Positions 26,163 through 38,200 of a stretch of 64,000 nt of DNA are shown here, in pieces. Position 1 is the stretch's first letter, and each line of letters opens with the position of its first letter. The notes beneath the pieces were generated by a model. That model did not search any database. It was not told where the DNA came from and worked only from the letters and a program-made list of their open reading frames with translations. Source of the stretch: Azolla caroliniana (taxonomy: Eukaryota > Plantae > Polypodiophyta); NCBI GenBank assembly GCA_043228905.1, contig JBHGNT010000020.1:2356001-2420000 (forward strand), given 5' to 3'. Made by a program: the position numbers and the translations under genes.

Positions 26163-28471
26163 AATGAAATTATTAAATTAGAAGAAGAGGTTGAGCTTTG
26201 AAGGTTTGAATAGGGATGGCTTAAATCTTTGTGATCCTTACATTATATATCAATACTCTTTACAACCTAATACAAAGATTATATTTTTTCTTTGACCTTT
26301 CGGTTTTGATAGATATATTTGTTCGCCACGCCTTCTATAAACCAAATCATGCCTAGAATCATTTGTACTATTTTGTGTCATTTTTGTACCTTCTTTGTAC
26401 CTTCGTTTCTCGTGATTGAATTTTGAATAGTCTATGTATCAAGGTTTTTCTTCTTCTAGATATTGACCATTCAAATTGTGAATTGATGCAATTATTTTGG
26501 GTTATTCGAGATTCCCAAACTCTATTTCAGAGTAGACTAATGACATGTGTATATGGGAGTGCATATTTGAATGAAGATAACACTCACAAATGCAGAAGTC
26601 AATATTCTTCTAGCTATTGAACACACCAATAAAGTTTCAATCACTAGAGGAGAATAATGATGTATTTGTGTGATGCATGTGTTTGAGTATGACATATTTA
26701 TGTCTATGTGTAAGTGTAAATGCAAGTGCAAGTGCATGTTCCCATGCATGAGTACATTTTTTTATTTTATTTTTAATAGTTGATATATTGTTTTGTATAG
26801 TTGTGAATCTATAGATTTGTTTGGGGCTATTTTGTATGTGTATGTGTATAATATGTGTGTATGTGGATGTGTTTGTGTTTGTGTATTAGGCGTACTTATG
26901 TATGTGTATGTATGTACGCGTGACCATGTTACATCGATGAATTAGATAACATATAACTATTGTTAAATAGAACCCACTCGATATAATATCAAGATTCGGT
27001 AGAGAAAATATGCTATTCATTTTCAAACAAGTTTGAAATTATTATTGTTATTTATTGCAAGGATATCCATTCATTAGTATGCATAAATAAGAAGTGATTC
27101 TCAAGTGATTTAAAATATATTTGACTACATAATAGGTTTTGGTAAAAAATAAGATTTTACCACAAACTTAGCATAGAGAATAACAAGATTTTACCACAAA
27201 CTTTAGTGAACATGCCTTCCTAACATTTTATAATTGAATGACGGATTGAATCATCGACTTATATGACACTCTTCCATGAATGTGAATGACTAAATCATAT
27301 ACTCTTCCACAAATGGGAATGGTTGGTGTACTAAAGATTTCTATTCTCTAACACGGTTCATGTTTATATGCGATAATTAAATAACCATTTCAAACTTATC
27401 AATAAATATATTGTTCCCTCTTCATTCAAACTTGTTGTGTCTCTTCCTAGACGAAGATGTTAGCCTAACAAGAAAGTGCTTGAAGGATAGGGCAAATGTA
27501 TGATAAGAAGGAGAGAGAATGAGATGAAAGTAATACAACAAAAAGGTATAGTGTAATTGATAAGAGCTTACTCTTGGGATAGAAGGTCTTGTGTGAGTGT
27601 TGTTTGGACTATAGAAGATCAAGTGGAAGTCAAGGGAATAAACAAATGGGTGGACACTTCTACCAACCGAGGAGAGTTCATTACAAGGGGTAGAAGTGTT
27701 TGGATGAAGGAAGAAGCACTCCTCGAATTCTAAATGGGCACGAGATTGCGAATCAAGAGGGTGTGTAACACCAACAACGACAAGAGGTGATGTTGTCGTG
27801 TTGTACATACTTGTGCTCAACAAATTGGCTAAAAGATAGTAAAATATGGATATAACTTGGATATGACACATTAGGCATGATAATGGATGCTTTAGTCGAA
27901 GGTAGATTTGAAGAATCAAGGTGAATTGGTGTGACATAGTCAAAGAGTGTGTTTACAATAGATAGTCAATGTTTTGGCCATAATATTTCAAGGGAGTTTT
28001 GGATTTCAATAAATAAACATTCTTTGAAAAGCTTGCTCGACGTGCTACAAATGTCTAGAAGGGGTTGTGGATAGACTCAACCTTCTGCATACCCAAAATG
28101 GAAGACCTATCGGTTTCATGCAAAGGAATGTGGTTGAAGTGTTACATGTGCGACATGTGGCAAGTTACATGCAAGCACTAACAAAAGCCCCCTATTGTAT
28201 ATAAGTATGAGTGTGGAAGGCTTGAGAATAGGATAGCCTTAGAATATCTCTCTTGATGTAGTGTGAGTTTTTTATCTCTAGATTGTTAACATACTTTATG
28301 TTCATTCTCCTTTTCTTTCTCATAGATTATGATACATATCTTTGTCACTTCGAGTCTGTTATTTGTTGTACTTGGAGGATTATCATAAAATATTATGAAC
28401 CCTCTTTTATGTAGTGAGAATTTATATGTGTTCAGAATCAAGCTCAACCTAGTGCAACGTGTGAACACACC

Positions 28472-29956
28472 CTTTGAGAATCTATGATCACTCAAAGGTC
28501 AAGAGTCACACCACTACTCTCTACACATTAACTATGTGTCATACAATCATATTCTATGACACATAACTAATGAGTTCCATATTCCCCATGATTATGAGTC
28601 TTCACATTCCCCAAGAGAGAGTGGTTGTGGTAGTGAGTTAATGAAGAGAGAGGGGACCTTATATAAAGCACCCTTCTACTTCATACTAAGTCATGTGTGA
28701 CTCCTTGTAATGCTACATTTTGTAATTGGTATTCTCCTTATGAATATATACCTTCTTCTTGAGTACTTCATTTCTTCTATTATCTATATTGTGTTTTCTC
28801 TTCTCTCCTCTTTTTTCTCTCACACATACAACCACATAACACATATCTCTTCTACTACACAAGAATCATACCCGATTCTTTACATGGTATCAGAGCAGTT
28901 TGGTAGCTCGATTTAGCCCATCCATGTGTGTTGTGTTCTACGGCAACGTTCAAGAAGAACCGGTTCATCGCTATCATAATGCGACTACATAGCTTGTGTT
29001 CGAGAGAGAAAGAAAAGAAGAAAGAAAGCTTCATCGACAATGAATACTCAAATGAGGAGCGCTCTCCCTAGCGAGAAGTTGGACCAAAACAACTTTGCAT
29101 CTTGGGAGTAAAAGATGCACCAAATTATTCCGTGTCGGTCAAGGATATTGGAGCTACATCAAAGGAGCACAAGAAAAACAACCTGACCCGAAACCGACTA
29201 CTCAACATGGGAGGAAGCGGCAAGCCGAGTGATGTATTGCTTAGAGACATGGGTTCATGACCACATGCTCGACTACATTTGAGAAGCCAAGTCGCCGACG
29301 GAAGCGTGGGGGAATGTACGTAAGATTTTTGTGGCCAACACAAGCGCAAGAAAGCTTCAACTCCACCAAGATTTGAATAATATCCAACAAAGGGATATGT
29401 CCATCACAAGCTACACTGTGAAGATCAAGGGATTTTGTGACTCGCTCGGCTCAATAAGCATCAATGTGGATGATGATGAGATGGTGCAAATATGCCTCGG
29501 TGGCCTTGCACCACGGTTTGACACGATGAGGACCGTCGTACTAGCACGGGAGAATCCTCCCTCTTTCTTTGATCTTCAATCCATGTTATTGGTTAAAGAA
29601 AACCATGTTCGAACAAGGAGCAATGACTCGGAAGGCCACATGCTCTACACGCATTTGAACGGAGGAAGAGGATGCGGCCAATCAAGAGGCCGATTCGGCC
29701 AAGGACGAGGTGGACAAGGCCCGACTTACAAAAACAACCTGCAATTTCGGCAACAAGACGGAAGCCATCGAGGAACCTTCGGAAGAAGGGGGAGTTTCCA
29801 TTCCGGCCCAATCTGACAAACCTCGATCGAGTGTGGATATTGCGGAAAAATTAGCCACCACGAAGAAGAGTGCCGAAAGAAGGTGCGTGAGTTGGCTTCC
29901 ACTAGCCGACAACTCACCAATTATGTCACCAACTCCGACTATGACGATCACGGTGG
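28472..29956 (+). mobile_element. 5' fragment of a Copia element (LTR to 28884, tRNA-iMet PBS, gag with Zn knuckle); LTR start approximate
   Basis: TTTACA|TGGTATCAGAGC at 28885-28896; gag 29040-29956 homologous to 37042-37989. Confidence 0.8.
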
Positions 29957-30374
29957 TGTCGTGAAGATACGACAAAGATATGTGAACTTGAGGCAGGACC
30001 CCGAGGCCTCTGACCAGAGGATACCAGATTCGTGCGTTTGTGTTTTAAGAATTAACGGAAATGAGAAAGTTTGATAAATTTCATTAGCAAAGAAAAAGAA
30101 AAATTACAATCTATCCCAAGATTGAGATTACAGAAAATTAGGGTTTATTCGAGAGATGGCTTCAATCTCTAAGGAAAATTAGGGTTTATGCGAGAGATGG
30201 CTTCGATCCCTAAGGAAAATTAGGGTTTATGCGAGAGATGGCTTCGATCCCTAAGGAAAATTAGGGTTTATGCGAGAGATGGCTTCGATCCCCAAGAAAA
30301 ATTATGGTTTATGCAAGAGATGACTTCAATTCCTCAAGGAAAATTTGGGTTTATGCGAGAGATGGCTTCGATCC
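29957..30374 (-). repeat. Fragment of a family D-like LTR containing about six 41-bp tandem repeats
   Basis: Terminus TGTCGTGAAGAT as at 60633; unit GAAAATTAGGGTTTATGCGAGAGATGGCTTCGATCCCTAAG at 30133-30374. Confidence 0.75.
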
Positions 30375-30692
30375 TGTTGAGAATCAAACTCAACTTCCCA
30401 TAGGAATAGTGTTCACACTAGTCGGTGGACAACTTACTAAGACATTTTTGTAATTAGTAGAAAGGGCATTTGCCCTAGACTAGTTGGTATTTAAACCAAG
30501 ATTTTGTAACTTAGTTACTATTGGATGTAATATACAATTTCTTGTTTAGAGCTCTCACTCTCACTCTCTCTCACTCTCTCTTGTACACATACACACACAC
30601 AATTCTTCCGCTACACATAATCACTCTTGATTCTTTATATGGTATCAGAACGCGTGATAGCTTGATCCAAGCCCATCGCCTTTACGTGTGTT
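30375..30692 (+). mobile_element. Copia 5' LTR (30375-30639), iMet PBS and short leader, truncated
   Basis: TGTTGAGAATCAA...TTGATTCTTTATA then TGGTATCAGA; leader similar to 28897-28932. Confidence 0.75.
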
Positions 30693-33600
30693 GGATCGTT
30701 GCATGAGTCGAATGGGAACCGCTGGGGTTTTGGACTAGGAGGAAGAAGAATTTGAGATGAGTCTAGTTATGAATAGATTGTAAGATCAAGAGAAAGAAAC
30801 TTGTGAATCCCACAAGTATAATGTATTTTATTAATCAATATTTAGATAAGAATATGAATTTAGATTGAAAGAGAAGAATATAGAAACCTCATGGATCCCA
30901 CAAGTATAGTTTATTAATCAGTACTTCGAAACATATCCAATTTCCAAAGATTTTCACACCTTGTTACATTATACTCCCCATCCTTATATAGTGATGAGAG
31001 AGTTTTAGCAATCCATGCTTTTTCTCTAAGTATCAACTCCATGCTTTTTCTATCAATAGACTATGCTTTCTCTAACATGCTTTTTCTAAAAGTGATCATG
31101 CGTTTTTTTATGAACTATAATGTTCATACACGCTAGATGTGCATGGTAAGCTTTTTCTTTTATCATGCATTTTCTTCTAACTAAAGCTTTTTTATCTAGA
31201 AAATATACGTGAAATAACGTTTCTATGTGGGATATCTACTTTTTAATACTTATGATGTGTTAGTATAATTGTAAGGCCTTACATTATAAACATGGAGGTA
31301 TAAGGTTCGAATCTTGTCCTATATATTTTAATTTTTCTTTTTTTTTTCTACATATTTATTCAATCGGTTATTTTATATATTTTTCACGTAGTGTACAAAA
31401 TACACTATGACACTCGCCCCCTCCAAACCCGCACATCCTCCGGTATGTGCAGAAGTTGTCGATACTTGTTATTCTCCTTCATCTGTAGTATCCTCAATCT
31501 CTTCCCCTATGTCAATTATTAATTCTAGCCCACGTTCTTCGCTTTTCGTACCTCTGTAACTCTTGTCCGATCGCTCCTTTGTATCGATGTTGTCTAAAGA
31601 TACATATGATTCGGCGTCACTTTGCTTCTTGAAAATCTTCACTCGTTTCCCTGCTACAGGTACCCACATTACTGTCCCATTCAACTCACATAATCAGTAT
31701 GTTCCATTGCCGAATACCTTCCGAACTTCGTATGGTCTGAACCACCATTTAGAAAATTTTCGTATCGAGCTGTGATGATGTTCCAAACTACTGTTGTAGA
31801 CTATCACCCAATCCCCTTCTTCAATCTTCCGTGGTCGTAGAAGGTGCTTTGTGTCGAATCGTTTTTTGTTCCGGAATCATGCTTCTTGTTGTCGGCATAT
31901 CCCTTCCGCTATGTCTTTCGGTCTTCCTTCTAGCTGTTGTATCCGGATTGCTAGTAGTTCTTCTCGGCTCATATCTTCCTTCCATGGTAGCAGTGTCCAT
32001 GTTGCAATTGGGGTTTCCATAGGCATTACTGGAGGTTGTTCGGTCATAAGTTCTGTTGGCATATAACTGGTCACAGAACTATGTGTTGTGCGATCCACCC
32101 ATAGTGCATACGAAAACATTTGTGGCCAAAAATTCACCCTTTTTTCACATGCTTTCGCAAGTGCTTTCACGATTGGACTATGTCCTCATTCGATTTTCCC
32201 GTTTGCTTCTAGATTGTATGCCGTGGTTAAGGTCAACCGAACTCCATGTTTGACGAAGAATTCCCTAACTTTATCGGAATCAAGTTCTCCTCGATTCGCA
32301 ACTACTTGTCCTACGCACCCATACCAACAGAACACTTCTTCCAAGAGAAATTGGCATACTGAAGAACATGTTTACCTCCGTAACCCTCGACATTCTACTT
32401 GGTTCGTTAGATCCTCCCGAGCTAGCACTGTACTTCTTTTGTCCGATCCCTATTGGCATGGCCACGATGTCGACCATCCATTTAAAATTGATTGTCGGTG
32501 AGAATGTCAGATGTAATTCGTCCCGATGTTGTACTCCAGAGTAAATTTGACATTTATTGCAACTTTCCGTGAACTCTGCTACATCCTTATACATATTTTT
32601 CCACCAATATTTTTGTTTGACTTTTGCAAATGTCGCCCATGTTGCCTGATGTCCAGCCCAATCGGATTTGTGAAATTCAGATATTACCTGTTTCTGTTGG
32701 TCCTTTGTGCCGACTACCCAGAGTGATATGCCATCCTGTCTTTTTGGCTCTCTCCAGATCAATCCATTGTTCAAGAAGAACTTGCGAACTTGTCGTTTCT
32801 TCCGTCGAATCTTGACTCTATTTTTTTTTTTTGTCCGATGATTCCTCTATTTCTTGCAACACTTTCCTGATTAATAATCTTTCTCCCTCATATTCTTCTT
32901 CCCAGAACTCCCGAATTACGTTCACCCGGCATATGTGCTTTGAAGTAAAGTAATGTTCGGAAACTTCTTCATTATCCGATTCGGCTACTTCGTCTCCGAA
33001 CCATGCCCTTGATAATATATCCACTACCTTGTTGTCTTTTCTAGAGATACGTCAGATGTCTGGATTAAGTGATTTTACATATGCAATCCATCTTACAATA
33101 GCCACATTCGGTACCGTGCAACATCACATCATCCCTAATATCGGAAGACAATCTGTTTCTATCACTACTTCGACTCTGATCAAATAATCTCGATCTGATT
33201 TTATTGCTGACACGACTCCCCATAGCTCTCTTTTAACTTGTGCATACCCATGTTGCCTTTCATTGAGAATCTTTGCTCCGAATCGAATTGGATAACGTGA
33301 AAATCCATTTCTATCACTACTTCGGCTCTGATCAAATAATCTTGATCTGATTTTATTGCTGACATGACTCCCCATAGCTCTCTTTTAACTTGTGCATACC
33401 CATGTTGCCTTTCATTGAGAATCTTTGCTCCGAATCGAATTGGATAACGTGAACCATCCGAGTCAACTTGGTTGATGACACATCCGATCCCGATTGGACG
33501 TGTATCAACCGTTACTATGATCGATCGGTCATAATTCAGTTTCTCAAGTGCTTCTGCCCTCCGTAGTATTTTCTTGAGCTTCTTCATGGCTTTGGTATGT

Positions 33601-35287
33601 TCCAGTCTCCATTCAAACTTCTTACCCTTCCGCAACAAGTGATAGAGCGGGTCCGCAATGTGTGCATAGTGTGGAATCCATATGTGATAGAATACACATG
33701 CACCAAGAAATCTACGGACTTCAGATTGAGACTCACATATTTCTTTCATAGCTTAAAACGCATCAATCTTGATTGGTGATGGTCTTTGGCCGTAGGGCCT
33801 ACATAGAGGTCCAGCTACCAATATCTCTTCTTCTCTGAATGCCGATTTCTCTCCGGATAGTGTTAAGTACACATCTTCTAACTTCTGTAGCACTTTCTCG
33901 CAACTGCAAATATGGTCAACCACAAACTTTCGGCATCCCCGATCATCCATAGTCTCATCCTTTTCTTCCAGCACACATCCTTTTATTGGAATGTCATCGT
34001 TATCTTTGGAATGTAGTCGCGGAGCACCTTGTTCATTGCATTCATCATATGTGCGATCGAGTTCGTGGCTCCTTGTGGAAGCGTACACATTCGGACTAAT
34101 CCTATCGGTGTTCGCATTGTAGTGATGTCCCGACTATCCATAGCTAATTGGAATTGGTCATATCCAGAGTATAGGTCTATGATAGAGTATATCACACAAC
34201 CAACAAATGCTTTTGCAAATTCATCCACTATAGGACCGACTCCAGAGTTCCAGATCGTGACGTTGTTCACCAGTTGTAAATCTTGAATCAACCGGAGTGA
34301 CCCATTCTTTTTCGGAACCATAAACCATCGATTTGAGTATGGAGCGTTTGATGGGTCTAGAATCCCCATCGCCACCTTTTCTTTGAGCAATTCAATGATT
34401 TTCGGAATATGTGCCCGTGGCACTGGAATTGGCTTCAAGTTCCACGACACATGATCAATCGTGAAGATCACCATCGGCTGCACTATCTTTGGATCAACAC
34501 ACCCTATCTCTTTTGGTGTGAATATGAATGCTTTTCCATGTTGGTCCAACATCTCACAGAATCGTTCTTCTTCATTCTTTAAGAGGAACCCGCCTGCACC
34601 AATCTAGAGTTTCTTTCGGGTCTCATCCGTAAATGTATGTCCAATATCCATGGACTTCTAAAGTGCCAGATCTTCCAAGACTTCTTTCATCTTTTGTTCA
34701 CTATTGGCGGGTAACGATCCCACAGATGGTTTCACCTTCTTTTCCACGGTCTTATATTTCGTACATACCATTGTTTCTTCTTTGCGGGGCGCATCCGGCC
34801 CCATTTCCGCAATGATCTTGTACATCTCTACCGATTCCATCGGAACTACCCGGTCTCCGTGGTGATTCTCTTCCTCGAGCTCTTCAAGCCATTGTAGTGT
34901 GCTTTCGTAAAACACTTCTTCGATTACTCCAGTGATTTCTTCGTCTTCTTTATAATTGATGCAAACCGTAGCTCATCCTGCATCTTCCGGAATTCTTTTC
35001 TCATTACTCTGGTCACGGCCATGTACGTAGATGCCCCATCTGGACTAATCCGCACTTGTTTCGCTCCGAGAGTTTCCTTCCTATGTGGGGTATCAGGGCT
35101 TCTCGGACTATAACTTCCCCACTCCGCAACAGTCCGCTTTAAAAATCCATTTTTGTTTGGGACAATATCTCTCTCTTGTTCCTTTCGTGATTTGATGGCA
35201 CAATTAGGAATTGGACGGTTTTCCCTCCGTTTTGGCTTCGAATCCGTGCAAAAGCCGCTCCACTATTGAGCACCTTTGTTTCCATTC
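30693..35287 (-). mobile_element. Non-chromoviral Ty3/Gypsy family C: 3' LTR (30693-31412), IN, RNase H, RT and end of PR; degenerate, 5' part missing
   Basis: IDLYSGYDQFQL, TVDTRPIGIG, IETDCLPILG, KWMVDIVAMP; PPT next to 31412; LTR homologous to 62643-63384. Confidence 0.9.
31261..31318 (+). promoter_or_regulatory. tRNA-like A/B-box cassette in LTR C, followed by T-runs
   Basis: TAGTATAATTG (31261) ... GGTTCGAATC (31304); oligo-T at 31326-31347. Confidence 0.6.
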
Positions 35288-38200
35288 TGTTGGTAGGTTA
35301 GGCCAACGTATGAAAGGGGAGCCGTTTTTGGGATAAAGGGAGTTGTAATTAGAATTAATTATTATAATTATAAGATCGGACAGACGGACGGACCCGGAAT
35401 CGGTATGTCGATCCGGATCCGGACCGGTTCATAGCCGGTTGCCGGTTGGCACCGATTTGTAACACAACCGGATACCGATAAAAGGATTCAGATACAATTT
35501 AACTGACGACGGATAATTAATAGAGAAGTGTTGTTATTTTCCTATCTTGTTTATCCTGTCATTTCCATTTTGTGCTTAATGACGTTGATCCTACGCGTGT
35601 AACTAATCGATCCGGATAACATTCGGAGAGGATCAGTTCAGTGTTACGGTCTTCCCATTCCTTAATGTACTACCCCTTTGGTGAAGTGTTCCGGAAGGAC
35701 ACCTTGTGTTAGTGGCTTGTCTAGCCCAGGATTAACACAATTTTGGCGACCACGATTCCTGTAGAAAGCAGTGAACAACGGGGGAATGGATGACTAGACC
35801 AATGAACGACGGGCTAGTTGCCGAACAAGTAAGAAGACTAACCGAGAGACTGCAGAAGCGGGAGGCTTACCAACAGGCGGCGTAGGAAATCTGTGTGGAT
35901 CGGTCCTTTTGTAGGGTGATTCGGCAGGTTGTGGAGGAGTCACTCCGATTGCAACAGAACCACCACTCGGATGAAGGAAGTAGTCTGAGCAGTTAGCAAG
36001 AAGCGGAGTCCTTTCTGCAGACACTTGCCGCAAGAGATGGCGATTCGGAAGCGTTCTCCACCATCAAATCAGATTCGGACGACGAACACAACGTCCAATC
36101 AAATTATCGTAGTAGCCATGATACCCCAGACGGCCCGGAAGACGACGAGTCGGACCACATACCGACACTGGAGCCAGAGACAACAAAACCGGTGCCGCAT
36201 TGTTACACGCGTGCGTGGAGAACGAGGCGGGGCCATTGGGGCCTTGGACTGAGAAACTACTGAATGAGAAGAGGGGGAGGAAACTACCGATGTACTTCGC
36301 ACGCGTACAGACACACAGATTCACAGGAGTTGCAACTAACTTTGAACAACGGAGACAGAACGAATGTATACGTATATATAAATCAAGGAGTTACAACCGG
36401 CAAGCCGACAAGTGATAGACTCCAACGCCTGCACACACACACACAAAACGCGAGATGGAGACTCTACCGAAAGCACTCGGGCGTTCCGCGGAGCAGAGTC
36501 AGCCTCCCGACAACCTGCACAGAACGTCTTGAGTGGCAAGCTCAACTGGAGCCAGATAGGCTGAATAAGCCTGAGCCGGCAAGCGAGACGGATCGGTAAG
36601 CTGTGAGCAAACGAGCCAGCAAGCAACAGAGCCGGTGAGCTGGGGAGCCGGTTAGCCGGATCCGATCAGTAACCGGAAGCCTAGTATTAGTGTAGACTAC
36701 TAGGCAATTATAGTCTTGTAGTAAGTGTCAGATGCTCGTGTGAGCATTGAAGTACGCGGTACTTCTGTCAGTCCCACGAGGACTTGTATAAATAATGCTA
36801 CTGAGCATAGTTTTAGGTACAGAGTGTTTTTATTGTTTTTGAATATAGCCTTGAAGTTCTCCTCTCTCTGTCTTTCCCGTGTACTCTGTGTATTCCCTAC
36901 CTTCTCTATTTTCTAACGCTTCTGATGCTTCCGCAAGTAATCGTTTACATGGTATCAGAGCGCGAGGGTTGAGAACCTCCTCTGCAACCGACAAACTCTT
37001 GAAAGCAGACCCTAACAGGTCGTAAAACAGAAGACAGAGAAGTGATGGATAGAGGGATGGCTAGCTCGCTCCCTATGGAGAAACTCGACAGATCTAACTA
37101 TGCATCTTGGTCGTATAAGATGCACCAGTACCTGCTTGGGCATGGCTACTGGAGTTTCGTCAAAGGAGCCAACGAAACAACACCTAATGCGGCACATAAG
37201 GAGTTCCCAGTGTGGGAACAATCGGCAAGCAGAGTGATGTACTGCTTCGCGTCCAGTGTCGGAGACCAGTTGCTGAGCCACATCCGAAACGCCAAGATGC
37301 CGAAGGAGGCTTGGGGAAACCTGAAGAAGGTTTTCGCCGCGAGCACTACAGCCCGGAAGCTGCAACTCCGACAGGAGTTAAGCAATGTCCAACAGAAGGA
37401 CATGTCGGTGGCGGATTACACGGCCCAGATCAAAGAGATCTGTGACTCGCTTGCCTCTATCAACGTTACCGTAGAGGAAGACGAGATGGTACAGGTCTGT
37501 CTTGGGGGCCTGGCGTCTAAGTTCAGAGCGTTCCGAACGGTGGTATGTACAAGGGAGAAAACACCGTCATTTTTCGACTTACAGTCGATGCTCCTTATAG
37601 AGGAGAACCACGCTAGTGCGTCAACTAGCGCACCCATTGACAGCCGGATGTTGTACACGGAAGCGGATCGGTCTTGTGGGCGTGGTGGACGAGGCGGGTC
37701 GGCACGCAATGGAGGCGGCTGGCAAGAGCAAGAACGAAGGCACAGAGAATGTGTCGACAACAGTTTTGCGACTTCCACAAGCAGGGGGAGTCAAGGCGGT
37801 GCCGGAGGCCGGCAAGACAAATCTGCAACGGAATGTTGGTACTGTGGCAAAAAGGGCCACAGAGAAAGCGAGTGCTGGAGAAAACGTGTCGATTCGAACA
37901 AATCCGGATCCGGCAAGGCCGGCAAGGATGGCCGGCAAAGCTCGCACTACGTGAAGGGATCGAGAGGATCCAAGAACGGTAACGGGTGAGCCTTGGTGAT
38001 GAAGCACGAGGCGAACTTGATGAAGAAGACAACTTCCAAATCGGAGGAAGTGTGGTATGTTGATTCCGGTGCGTCGAACCACATGACTAACCACAAAGAG
38101 TGGTTCTCCTTTTTAGAGAAACCGGATCAACCAGGAGTAGTCGAAACCAGAGACGACACTCCTCACCCAATTGTGCATGTCGGAGAAGTCCCTTTGAGCC

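Noticed and set aside
26670-26930. TG/TATG-rich tracts (also 23300-23470)
   Set aside because: Ordinary degenerate microsatellite or low-complexity DNA.
27422-27943. 173-aa minus-strand ORF
   Set aside because: No recognisable motif; probably the antisense shadow of purine-rich decayed retroelement sequence.
30133-30374. CRISPR-like array
   Set aside because: Head-to-tail 41-bp units with no unique spacers, inside a plant LTR; no cas genes.
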